This document shows, piece after piece, positions 16,169 to 25,160 of a stretch of 64,000 bases of DNA. Numbering within the stretch: the stretch's first letter is position 1; every line of letters starts with the position of its first letter. Where the stretch lies: the sequence record OR896832.1. One strand, written 5' to 3'. The notes under the pieces were generated by a model. It was not told the DNA's origin. It ran no database searches and was given only the letters and a program-made list of their open reading frames with translations. Made by a program: the position numbers and the translations under genes. This DNA is from Escherichia phage GoldenSnicker.

Positions 16169-18412
16169 TTACAGCTTGCAAGATGAGCACTCGCTAGCGT
16201 CTTCCGTACCATCAGCACCGTCGCGAACGTTCGCATAATACAGGGTTTTCAGACCGTAATATTGAGCAAACAACATATCATCTAACACATCAGCAATATC
16301 GACTTTACCAGTCTTATAAGTGCTTGGATCGTAGGATGTGTTGGAACTAATCGCCTGATCCACAAACTTCTGCATGATCGCTGCCAGTGTCAGATAAGGC
16401 TTGTTACCTTTCTTGATCAGTGTCCAAAGCAGGTCAATAACATCAGCATTATTCTCTACGTTCGGAATAACCTGATTAAATTGCCCTTCTTTCGATCCTT
16501 TAACCGATACAATCCCGCGAGGCGGTTCAATACCATTTGTGCTGTTAGACACCTGAGAGGACGACTCACAAGGCATCAGCGCCGACAGTGTACTGTTACG
16601 AATGCCATATTTTTTCAGGTCTTCGCGCAGTTCTTCCCAATCCATCTCATACACCGGATCAACCAGTTCATCTACTGTCTTTTTGTACCAGTCGATAGGA
16701 AGTTCACCGCGACCATAGCGTGTTTCGTGCATCAGTTCGCAAGCACCCTTCTCTTTAGCCAGTTGCACACTAGCCTTAATCAGAGCATATTGCAAGCGTT
16801 CAAACGTTTTATGCGTAAACTCGTTAGCGTCTTCATATGTGAAGAAATTATCTGCTAGATATGATGCAAAGTTAGTCACACCAACACCCAGAGAGCGACG
16901 TTTTTTGGCTGTCAGAGCTTGTTCTACAGGATAATCCTGATAATCTAACAGGTTGTCAAGTGCACGCACCATAACCATAGCAATGCGTTCTACTTCTTCC
17001 ATATTTTCGATATCGAAATTACCTAAAACATATGCTGCCAAAGTACATAGGCTAATTTCTGAATCATCACGACCCATCGGTTTTGTAGGCAGAGCAATTT
17101 CACAACACAGGTTAGATTGTTTAATCGGTGCTACATTACGAATAAACGCCCCGTGATTGTTCATGTTGTCTGTGAACGCTGGGTAGATTCGACCAGTGTT
17201 AAAACGTTCAATTGCCACCGCTAAAAACAGGTCTTCGGCTTTAACACGAGTTTTACGAACACTCGGATCTTTTTCCAGTTTTTCGTAAAGCTGGCGGAAA
17301 CCTTCCTCATCTCGGAAGTATAGATCCCACAACAAGCCACCCGCAACATCTGGACTAAACAGAGTAATGTAATCCCGTTTAAGGAATCGCTCTACCATCA
17401 GGTTATTAATCTGTACGCCGTAATCAAGATGACGAATGCGGTTATCTTCCACCCCCTTATTGTTCTTTAACACAATCAGACTTTCAAACTCTAAATGCCA
17501 CATTGGGTAATAGAGAGTCGCTGCCCCGCCACGAATACCGCCTTGTGAGCATGACTTAACGGCAGTCTGAAAATGTTTCCAGAATGGGATAACGCCAGTA
17601 TGACGAACTTCACCATGCCCGATCTTAGACCCTTCCGCGCGAATCATGCCAGCGTTGATACCGATACCAGCACGCTTGCTAATATACTTAATGATTGCAT
17701 TTGCGGTTTCATTAATACCCTGCAATGAGTCATCACTTTCAATCACCACACACGAACTAAATTGGCGTGTTGGGGTACGCACACCTGCCATAATCGGAGT
17801 AGGCAGAGAGATTTGCTTATTCGCAACAGCATTATAAAAATCAATCACATGTTCAAGTCGATTTTCTGTCTCTTCTTGATGCAAGCACATACCGATCAGC
17901 ATATACGCAAATTGCGGTGTTTCGATGATTTTCTTAGTGCTGCGATCCTGAACAAGATATTTCTCTTTTAACTGCATCGCACCAGCATAGGTCATTTTAA
18001 AATCAAGTTTATGGTCGATGAATTTCTCCAGATATTCCACTTCTTCACGGGAATACTTTTGTAGAATTTCGCGATCATATTTTCCGGTTGCAATATTACG
18101 CTCAATATGGCTATAAAAATCAATAGGTTGGAATTGACCGTATACTGATTTACGAAGCGCGAACATTGCAAGGTTACTTGCTACATATTGATAATCAGGC
18201 GTTTCTACAGTGATGTTATCTGCGGCGACCTTAATCAATACTTTCTGGATATCATTGGTAGACATACCTTCTGTCAGAAGTGGTTCAACCATATCAAACA
18301 ATTCATATGGATCAACGTTATGACCTTCGGCTGCCGCTTCCAGAATTTTCATTACTTTTTCTTTTTCAAACGGAACAGTCAGACCGGAAGACTTAACAAC
18401 ATTTTTAATCAT
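16169..18412 (-). CDS. nrdA: ribonucleotide reductase large subunit
   Basis: 747 aa; near-colinear with T4/E. coli NrdA (PTRQFSSCVVIE, NLCCEIA, SALMPCESSSQVSNSTNG, C-terminal CSSCKL). Confidence 0.9.
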   Translation of the reverse strand: MIKNVVKSSGLTVPFEKEKVMKILEAAAEGHNVDPYELFDMVEPLLTEGMSTNDIQKVLIKVAADNITVETPDYQYVASNLAMFALRKSVYGQFQPIDFYSHIERNIATGKYDREILQKYSREEVEYLEKFIDHKLDFKMTYAGAMQLKEKYLVQDRSTKKIIETPQFAYMLIGMCLHQEETENRLEHVIDFYNAVANKQISLPTPIMAGVRTPTRQFSSCVVIESDDSLQGINETANAIIKYISKRAGIGINAGMIRAEGSKIGHGEVRHTGVIPFWKHFQTAVKSCSQGGIRGGAATLYYPMWHLEFESLIVLKNNKGVEDNRIRHLDYGVQINNLMVERFLKRDYITLFSPDVAGGLLWDLYFRDEEGFRQLYEKLEKDPSVRKTRVKAEDLFLAVAIERFNTGRIYPAFTDNMNNHGAFIRNVAPIKQSNLCCEIALPTKPMGRDDSEISLCTLAAYVLGNFDIENMEEVERIAMVMVRALDNLLDYQDYPVEQALTAKKRRSLGVGVTNFASYLADNFFTYEDANEFTHKTFERLQYALIKASVQLAKEKGACELMHETRYGRGELPIDWYKKTVDELVDPVYEMDWEELREDLKKYGIRNSTLSALMPCESSSQVSNSTNGIEPPRGIVSVKGSKEGQFNQVIPNVENNADVIDLLWTLIKKGNKPYLTLAAIMQKFVDQAISSNTSYDPSTYKTGKVDIADVLDDMLFAQYYGLKTLYYANVRDGADGTEDASECSSCKL

Positions 18413-18479
18413 ATTACCTCACTTCATATTTTAGCAGGAACAAGTTTATCCTCCATATTGGGGGCTTTCGCCCCCTTTG

Positions 18480-19700
18480 TTATACTGCCATTTGAGCGGT
18501 GATCGCTGGATGGCTTTGATAGTTGTGAATTTTAAAATCTTTCGGAGTCTTTGTCAATACCTCATCTAAAGATTTAAATTCCGGCAACTCAATTGTTGGT
18601 TTATCAAACGGAACACGGCTTAACTGTTCCATAACTTGATCAAAATGGTTTTTATAAATGTGAGTATCTCCACCAGAGAAAATCAGTTCTCCTACCTCAA
18701 GATCACACATTTTCGCTATGATGTGAGTTAACAGCGCATAGCTGGCGACGTTAAAGGGCAAGCCTAAAAAGCTGTCTACGCTTCGCTGAAACCACATACA
18801 AGACAGTTTACCTTCATTGACGTAGAATTGCACGAAAGGATGACATACACCTAACACAGCATTATGCGTTTCCTGTACGTTCCATGAATCAATGATAATA
18901 CGACGACTATATGGATCATTCTTGATCATGTCAATAACTTTTTGTAACTGGTCTTCCCAAATCTTCGGGCGATAGACATATTCTTCATCGTCTTTAGTGC
19001 TTGATGTGTCTACGTCCATACTAACAAACATCGTGGTATCCGGTGCTATAATATCCCCACCCAGATAATCACTATCAAGCAGATAACCGAAATAACCATC
19101 ATCTACCCATTCCTGGAATCCCCACAAGCAATATGCATCATTAACAAAATTAGATTGAGTCTTCCAGTGGTCTGCTACCAGAATATAATCAAACTCTTCA
19201 TAACGCATACCACGCCAGATAGCACATAAACGGTCTTCTGTTTCATTGGTTGGCGTAAAGTCTTCTACCCACGGGTGTTTAAATGTATGTGTATATTTGC
19301 TCTTAACGCGCTTAATTTTGATTTCACCGTGTGGATGAATCGGTTTGCGTCGCCACGCCATACCATACATATTGCCGACATTATAACCATTGAATCGCAA
19401 AGGATTCTTTTCTTTCATATCAAGGCAGTTTCCGCGCCAAATATCAAAGGCTTCCTCGTCAAACTTGCCGCGTGTAATTTCCTGTAAGCGACGGCGGTCA
19501 AGTGACCCCTCCATAAACCATAGCAACTCGCCAATTATAGAGGCTGTAGCCATCTTTTTAGTGGTCAGTAATGGAAAACCCTTACTTAAATCAATTCGCA
19601 TCTCTGCGCCGAATTTAGAGAGCGTACCTACCCCAGTTCGGTCTTCACGAGGCCAGCCATTATCAAGAACATCACGCAACAGTTTCAAATATTCTTTCAT
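18480..19700 (-). CDS. td: thymidylate synthase with ~110-aa internal insertion
   Basis: ThyA motifs (DRTGTG-like, DSWNV, CHPFVQFY, FLGLPFNVASYALL, GDTHIY); extra segment between the GxxWR and DPxSRR motifs; no intron. Confidence 0.85.
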   Translation of the reverse strand: MKEYLKLLRDVLDNGWPREDRTGVGTLSKFGAEMRIDLSKGFPLLTTKKMATASIIGELLWFMEGSLDRRRLQEITRGKFDEEAFDIWRGNCLDMKEKNPLRFNGYNVGNMYGMAWRRKPIHPHGEIKIKRVKSKYTHTFKHPWVEDFTPTNETEDRLCAIWRGMRYEEFDYILVADHWKTQSNFVNDAYCLWGFQEWVDDGYFGYLLDSDYLGGDIIAPDTTMFVSMDVDTSSTKDDEEYVYRPKIWEDQLQKVIDMIKNDPYSRRIIIDSWNVQETHNAVLGVCHPFVQFYVNEGKLSCMWFQRSVDSFLGLPFNVASYALLTHIIAKMCDLEVGELIFSGGDTHIYKNHFDQVMEQLSRVPFDKPTIELPEFKSLDEVLTKTPKDFKIHNYQSHPAITAQMAV

Positions 19701-19935
19701 CCCACTTCCCCTTTTTCTTTGCTTTCTTACGCAGTTTTGCTACTGTCTCGCTAATGTTAATAAAAATATCGTCTGGACCGAATACAGTAACAGGTCTTGA
19801 TATATCGCTATTTTCTTGTACAGGAAACCATGACGCTTTCGATTCATCATAGAGATATTGCAACCCGTAAAGATCTTCTGCTACTGCGTAGTTTTCATTG
19901 GTTGCCGACCATAATCGAATAATACTGATTTTCAT
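19672..19935 (-). CDS. hypothetical protein
   Basis: 87 aa from ATG overlapping the upstream stop; Lys-rich C-terminus. Confidence 0.4.
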   Translation of the reverse strand: MKISIIRLWSATNENYAVAEDLYGLQYLYDESKASWFPVQENSDISRPVTVFGPDDIFINISETVAKLRKKAKKKGKWDERIFETVA

Positions 19936-20027
19936 TATTGTTCCCGTCCGCAGTGTAAACACCGACTACCAACAAACATCAAAGATTCACCGCAATGTTT
20001 GCACTCATAATCTGTCAGAATTTTCAT
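19935..20027 (-). CDS. 30-aa zinc-ribbon peptide
   Basis: MKILTDYECKHCGESLMFVGSRCLHCGREQ, two CxxC pairs, translated by hand; below the ORF-track size cutoff. Confidence 0.4.
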   Translation of the reverse strand: MKILTDYECKHCGESLMFVGSRCLHCGREQ

Positions 20028-20028
20028 G

Positions 20029-20610
20029 TTACGCCTTCTTACGTTCTAAAATTTGCTCACTGATCAGGTAATTATCAAGGAAGTAATTATGTTCTTCTTT
20101 TGCTGCAAAGTCAAAATATAATTCCTGAATCATTTCCTTAGATATACCAACATCATATTCGAACGGATCATTAATTCCTGCTCGTTGAACATACGTTAAC
20201 ACAATACGGTCCGCAAAGTCAACCGCTTTTTCAATCAGGGAAGGTCCGCCAATAACGCTTACCAAACCTTGCAATTTCTCTATGACTTCTAATAATTCCT
20301 TCAATCCACCATCATTAGTAATCGCGGTATACACATCTGGTTGGTCGCCGTTTTTTGCTTTCGGTGCTGGCTTACTGGTATCGGTGCTAACAACCACATT
20401 CACACGACCTTCCAGTGCTTTAGGGAGACTTTCAAAGGTATTACGTCCCATTACAACCGCCGCAAGTTCAACATCTCCCATAGTGCGCATTTTAAAGTTT
20501 TCCATGTCCTTTTTAATTGGACGCCCCCAGGGTAAACCGCCTTTAAAACCAAAAGCCCAATTTTCATCTGACATTTTAGTGTCACCAATAGCAAATACAC
20601 ATTGAATCAT
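20029..20610 (-). CDS. frd: dihydrofolate reductase
   Basis: AFGxxGGLPWGRPIKKDMENFK and VIGGP motifs; size and position as T4 frd. Confidence 0.8.
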   Translation of the reverse strand: MIQCVFAIGDTKMSDENWAFGFKGGLPWGRPIKKDMENFKMRTMGDVELAAVVMGRNTFESLPKALEGRVNVVVSTDTSKPAPKAKNGDQPDVYTAITNDGGLKELLEVIEKLQGLVSVIGGPSLIEKAVDFADRIVLTYVQRAGINDPFEYDVGISKEMIQELYFDFAAKEEHNYFLDNYLISEQILERKKA

Positions 20611-20625
20611 AATATAAATCTCCCA

Positions 20626-20955
20626 TCAAATCAGTTTGAAATAGTTTTCGTTTACATTTTCTTCTGTGATTGCTGTCTTAAATTCTTGACCGTTATCCGG
20701 TGTGATGAAATAACGGTCAGAATAATCACGAAAACGTTTTAAGTGAGATACCCCAACATTAACACCATTTTCCCAAAAACGAAAGGTAATCATTTTTGGT
20801 TCATATCGATAGTCGCTGGTTAACACAGTACCATCCCCGCGACGGGCTTCATAAACCGTAATACATTCACGATTAGCGGCTTTAAGGCATTCTTCAATAG
20901 TGCCGCACGAGATAATACTTACTTTTTCATCTACGATTTGTTCTACAGTCCACAT
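20626..20955 (-). CDS. hypothetical protein
   Basis: about 110 aa from the internal Met. Confidence 0.4.
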   Translation of the reverse strand: MWTVEQIVDEKVSIISCGTIEECLKAANRECITVYEARRGDGTVLTSDYRYEPKMITFRFWENGVNVGVSHLKRFRDYSDRYFITPDNGQEFKTAITEENVNENYFKLI

Positions 20956-21002
20956 AATATAATCCTCTCTTTGTTTCGATATGTGCATTATACACTATTG
21001 CG

Positions 21003-22181
21003 TTACGCTGTCAACTCTTTTTCAAAAGATTTTACGATATACATGATGGTGCTCAATTCGGACGGCGCTACTGTCTCTGTGTAGCCATCCGGCATATCTT
21101 CTTTCGAGATATAGGAAGTTTTACCTTTCATTACTTCCTTGATTTTGTTCTCTAATTCTAAGATCTTTTGACCGTCTTGTAAAGTCAATTCATAAAAGAT
21201 CTCATGATCGAACTTTGAAACACGAGATTGGTTTCTCATGCGCTCATGTGTTTCTTTGTTTGTTATTCCAAATTTCACGCCAACAAAGGAATCATTGTTG
21301 GTTAATTTCTGTATATAAAGAGTTCCTGTCTTTAATGCCTGATAACCATGCTTAGAACACAACGGGCAGCGTGTTCCGCGATTAACAAAATTATCAATAG
21401 TTACATCCCATTCATGGTTACGTTCGCATGTCAGAAGTATTCTTGTTAATGCACCTTTCCACTTTCCTGAAATCCCAATAAATTTTAGTCTGTTGGTTTC
21501 GCATATTTTTTCAATTTGTTTTAATCGGTCACTTTTTGTTATTGGTGCTGTTCCGCTACATTTGCGACACCGACGACCTAGTTTGAACTTATCATAACTT
21601 TGTTCGTAAATGTGATTATTAGGACACTCAAATTTAAGTTTAGTTTTTGTTCCTCTCCATTCCCCAATTATACCCAAAAATTTATAATCTCCTTTATTTT
21701 CATTTATATAAGATAAGGAATCTTCTTTATCATGCATCTTGCCCCCGTTACATAAAGGACATCTTGTTTTTTGATGAATGAAATCTGTATATGTTGGTTG
21801 GTATGTGTGTCCGTTTGTACAGTTCATAATGAGTCTTGTTCTGCTATTTTTATACTCCCCACCAACAAAACCAACAAATACATCGTTTGTTTCTTGTTTT
21901 ATTCTTTCTATCACATTGTTTGGGTTTAATCTTTGAGAATCAACCACACATTTCTTACACGAAACGTTTTTCCTGATATTTGCTAGAGTTGATGTGTATT
22001 CATGCTTGTTATTACATAATATAAGAGCTTTTGTTTTGAGACCAGACCATTCTCCAACAAACCCCATGAAAGAATAACCAACTTCCAAACATGAATTTTT
22101 TACAACATTTTCCCAATAGAAGGGAGTTTTCGTGTTTCCTTTTATTTCTATACTAATCTCATGTGCTTGACGTACTAACAT
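21003..22181 (-). CDS. protein with four tandem C-H-C-C zinc-ribbon repeats and a GIY-YIG-like C-terminal domain
   Basis: four ~66-aa repeats (F[VI]GxxGxWxGxxT...C..NxH...F...RCxxC); C-terminus LYIQKL...GVKFGIT...R resembles the T5orf172/GIY-YIG family. Confidence 0.6.
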   Translation of the reverse strand: MLVRQAHEISIEIKGNTKTPFYWENVVKNSCLEVGYSFMGFVGEWSGLKTKALILCNNKHEYTSTLANIRKNVSCKKCVVDSQRLNPNNVIERIKQETNDVFVGFVGGEYKNSRTRLIMNCTNGHTYQPTYTDFIHQKTRCPLCNGGKMHDKEDSLSYINENKGDYKFLGIIGEWRGTKTKLKFECPNNHIYEQSYDKFKLGRRCRKCSGTAPITKSDRLKQIEKICETNRLKFIGISGKWKGALTRILLTCERNHEWDVTIDNFVNRGTRCPLCSKHGYQALKTGTLYIQKLTNNDSFVGVKFGITNKETHERMRNQSRVSKFDHEIFYELTLQDGQKILELENKIKEVMKGKTSYISKEDMPDGYTETVAPSELSTIMYIVKSFEKELTA

Positions 22182-22213
22182 ATTTTTATCCTCCGTTGTT
22201 TCGATGATTGTGT

Positions 22214-22241
22214 ATTATACATTACCACATCAGCATGTCAA
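22214..22241 (-). promoter_or_regulatory. sigma70-type early promoter
   Basis: TTGACA (22241..22236), 16 bp, TATAAT (22219..22214). Confidence 0.5.
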
Positions 22242-22271
22242 TACATTTTCATAAAATTTTAGGCAATAAAA

Positions 22272-22295
22272 AAAGCCTTCCCGAAGGAAGGCTTT
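22272..22295 (-). terminator. rho-independent terminator
   Basis: hairpin gccttcc-cgaa-ggaaggc flanked by A-run and T-run, downstream of gene 32. Confidence 0.65.
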
Positions 22296-22303
22296 AAAAT
22301 TCA

Positions 22304-23272
22304 TTACATCCCTAACAGAGCGTCAAGATCATCCAGATCAGAAGCGGAGGAAGTACCGCCACCCAGGTCCAGAGATGCCATCAGGTCATCAGCGGAAGAA
22401 TCTAACGCCGTGCTAGCTGCGTTAATACCAACTACAGTGCTAGCTGCGGTAGTACCAGCGTCGAATGCATTCATCTGTGCGTCAAAATCATCAAGCTGGC
22501 TGTTAATCGCTGCCGCAGCACTGGAAGCCGCAGCACCAGCTACCATAGAAACGCCCATAGTTTTCTTAAATTTGGTTTCCAGTTCATCGAACGGTTTAAA
22601 CTGGCTAGGAGCTACAATCTCACTCAGATCAACCATGTTTTCCATCAGATATTTCTGATATTCTTCGTCTTCAATTTTCGGAAGCTGTGATTGCTGCATG
22701 AAACGAGAATCATCATAGTTCTGGTGTTTATCAACCTTCTTAGCTTTCAGGAGGAAGTTAGCACCGGAGAACACACAAGTTACATCTACCGGAACTTCGC
22801 CCATGTCGGTATTCACGTTCACCATTGCAACGATCTTATCATAAATTTTCTGACCGAATCGGAATTTGAATACCTTACCTTCATTTTCTGGTGCTTGAGG
22901 ATCTTTCAGTACCAGAATATTTGCGTAGTAAGAGGCTTTACGCTTAATCAGTTGCCATTCTGTTTTATCGGTATTGTACAGATCTTTTTCGTTAATATAT
23001 TTGCACACAGGACAAGAATCAAAATCACCGTGGGTGCTGGAGCAGTTTTCCCAATACCATTTGCCATTAACTTTGAAGGAATGGTTTACCAGTTTCACAA
23101 TCGGCAGACCGTCTTCTGTCTTAGACGGCAGGAAGCGAATCAGGGCTTCACCGTTACCTGCTGCATCAGTCTTAATCTTCCACTCTTTCGGATCTTCTTT
23201 GGAGAAACCGTTGCCACCTTTCAGTGCGGCCAGTTGAGCTTGAAGTTTGGAAGAATCTTGGCGTTTAAACAT
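22304..23272 (-). CDS. 32: single-stranded DNA-binding protein
   Basis: strong colinearity with T4 gp32 (MFKR, FLPSK, NHxFKxNGKWY, [30 protein letters not shown]). Confidence 0.9.
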   Translation of the reverse strand: MFKRQDSSKLQAQLAALKGGNGFSKEDPKEWKIKTDAAGNGEALIRFLPSKTEDGLPIVKLVNHSFKVNGKWYWENCSSTHGDFDSCPVCKYINEKDLYNTDKTEWQLIKRKASYYANILVLKDPQAPENEGKVFKFRFGQKIYDKIVAMVNVNTDMGEVPVDVTCVFSGANFLLKAKKVDKHQNYDDSRFMQQSQLPKIEDEEYQKYLMENMVDLSEIVAPSQFKPFDELETKFKKTMGVSMVAGAAASSAAAAINSQLDDFDAQMNAFDAGTTAASTVVGINAASTALDSSADDLMASLDLGGGTSSASDLDDLDALLGM

Positions 23273-23332
23273 ATTCACTATTCCTTCTTTTGATTGATTT
23301 ACTAGACTATTATACAGATTTAAGTTTACTTG

Positions 23333-24013
23333 TCAACTATTTGTTTCTGCTTTTAATTGAGATATTTCTTTACACTCTTTAACTACTTTAACAAATAATG
23401 CTCTTGCTTTTGCGGCGTCAATAACAAGTAGTTTCTTGTACGCCTTCATTTTAACACTATAAGTTTGCCAAATCAAGTCTTTGGCTACCTTGTCGTGTTC
23501 GTCGATTATATTTAGAAAGCTATCTAACAACATAAACGACTCAAACGATATAATCCGATTTTGCAGTAGTTTAAAAATACCGCTTGTTTCGGTTGCGGGA
23601 TTATATGTAATTAGCTCTTTAAGAGTAACCCCGCGTTTCTCTGAGAAGTATACAAGACTTTTAATGTCATCGTCAAATCTTGTTGCTGCATCGGTTATCT
23701 TTCCTATGTATTCCATATAAAAGCCGTATGCGTCAACATCAGTGATTTCACCTACCCATGCATCGGTATTAGCTACCAGATTGCTTAGGAATAGGAAGTA
23801 TAATTCTCTTAGATTGTACTTTTCCGCTAATTTTGCGAAATAATACTTATCTCTGCGTTTATTGAATGCGGCATCAGACAACCGCATCCTCCAATTGTAT
23901 TTTACGCAATCATAACGCCCGTTCATGTGAGCTTTCATCATGCAATATAACATATACACAGATTTAGCATTAATTCGCATATCTGGATCTGGAGGAAGAC
24001 GGTTTCTGATCAT
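23333..24013 (-). CDS. 59: helicase loader gp59
   Basis: GKSVYMLY...HMNGRYD...KYNW...RRDKYYF...LVANTDAW match T4 gp59. Confidence 0.85.
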   Translation of the reverse strand: MIRNRLPPDPDMRINAKSVYMLYCMMKAHMNGRYDCVKYNWRMRLSDAAFNKRRDKYYFAKLAEKYNLRELYFLFLSNLVANTDAWVGEITDVDAYGFYMEYIGKITDAATRFDDDIKSLVYFSEKRGVTLKELITYNPATETSGIFKLLQNRIISFESFMLLDSFLNIIDEHDKVAKDLIWQTYSVKMKAYKKLLVIDAAKARALFVKVVKECKEISQLKAETNS

Positions 24014-24022
24014 ACATACCCC

Positions 24023-24292
24023 TTAAATATCGAGAGTGTTGGTCGGTTCGTCGATCACTCCCTTCCTGAGCGTTCTATTTACTATACATTCTTGTGTGAT
24101 CTTGTCAATAATGGACACCGGAATATACTTCTGATAGTGACCATATTCGATAGAGTTTTCCTCTACAAACTGCGTTGTCGCTTCAAGATAAGTCAATCCC
24201 TCTTCAACAACCAGTTTTTCGATTGCAAGACCGTTTGCTGTTTTATTCGCGGCTTTTACCGCATGTTCATTAAGCATTGAACACCCGATCAT
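24023..24292 (-). CDS. 33: late transcription co-activator gp33-like
   Basis: 89-aa acidic protein in the T4 gene 33 position; assigned by synteny only. Confidence 0.45.
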   Translation of the reverse strand: MIGCSMLNEHAVKAANKTANGLAIEKLVVEEGLTYLEATTQFVEENSIEYGHYQKYIPVSIIDKITQECIVNRTLRKGVIDEPTNTLDI

Positions 24293-24545
24293 AGAGTTCT
24301 ACCGCTTCGTCGCGTTCTGCTTCGAAGGTTTCGCGCTGTTGCTGGTGATACAGTTTAAACAGAATGCCCCACATTTTACCATCTACGCCTAATTCTTCTT
24401 TAGCACGCTGTTTGATCTCTTTGATCTTATCGCCATATGCTTCTTGAATGGTTTTCTGATCGCTGGCTTCTTTAATCAGTTGTGCCAGGGTATTTCCGTG
24501 TACATTTTCATCGAATACTACTTTTTCTTTTTTCTGTTCAGTCAT
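24270..24545 (-). CDS. dsbA: dsDNA-binding protein DsbA-like
   Basis: 91-aa charged protein in the T4 dsbA position; synteny only. Confidence 0.45.
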   Translation of the reverse strand: MTEQKKEKVVFDENVHGNTLAQLIKEASDQKTIQEAYGDKIKEIKQRAKEELGVDGKMWGILFKLYHQQQRETFEAERDEAVELYDRVFNA

Positions 24546-24550
24546 AATAT

Positions 24551-25150
24551 TTAACCCTCTTTCGTCATTAATTGAAAACCACGTTCAGCTTTTGAAATTT
24601 CGCTAGGACTTAAATCGTCACCAACATATTCTAGCATCATTTCTCGGATAATGTCAAGTGCTTTTTCATCACCTGATTTTAACTCGAACTCAAGTTCATA
24701 ATGAGCAGTGTTTCCCAATCCTTCGCCTACTTTGCCATAATAGAAAGTGTCTTTGCACATTTCCACTATACCACAACCCATATCTAGAGTCAATGACTTG
24801 CGATATGTCATTACTTGCATTATTGCAGTGATATAGTCGGAGTTTACCCCTAGACTATCAATAAAATGGACGAACTCATCCCAATTTGAAAATGTCATTT
24901 CCTCGCGGTTGAATAGTCCAGATTCATTATCACCCATTTTGACCATGATCTCTGATTTTCTACAGTCAAGTCGTGCATAAATTCCTTTTTGACGTAGCGC
25001 ATGATCTTCGGTATCATAATAAAATTCGTGTTTTAATATGTTATCTCGGTCTAAGAGATTGTACCCGTCATACATTGCCACCCACAAATCACAGATGGTT
25101 TCGACGCCAATTTGTGAGTGTGCATAGTATTTTAATTCAAGTTCTTTCAT
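24551..25150 (-). CDS. CYTH-domain (triphosphate tunnel metalloenzyme / class IV adenylate cyclase-like) protein
   Basis: N-terminal ELELKYY (ExExK) and C-terminal YELEFELK acidic strands typical of the CYTH fold; 199 aa. Confidence 0.5.
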   Translation of the reverse strand: MKELELKYYAHSQIGVETICDLWVAMYDGYNLLDRDNILKHEFYYDTEDHALRQKGIYARLDCRKSEIMVKMGDNESGLFNREEMTFSNWDEFVHFIDSLGVNSDYITAIMQVMTYRKSLTLDMGCGIVEMCKDTFYYGKVGEGLGNTAHYELEFELKSGDEKALDIIREMMLEYVGDDLSPSEISKAERGFQLMTKEG

Positions 25151-25160
25151 GTGTCAACCC

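Noticed and set aside
14417-19700. Group I introns in nrdB and td
   Set aside because: Both genes are continuous ORFs of roughly canonical length (td has extra in-frame sequence but no stop codons); no intron is evident.
22691-23293. 200-aa plus-strand ORF antisense to gene 32
   Set aside because: Completely overlaps the strongly conserved gp32 coding sequence on the other strand; an antisense artifact.
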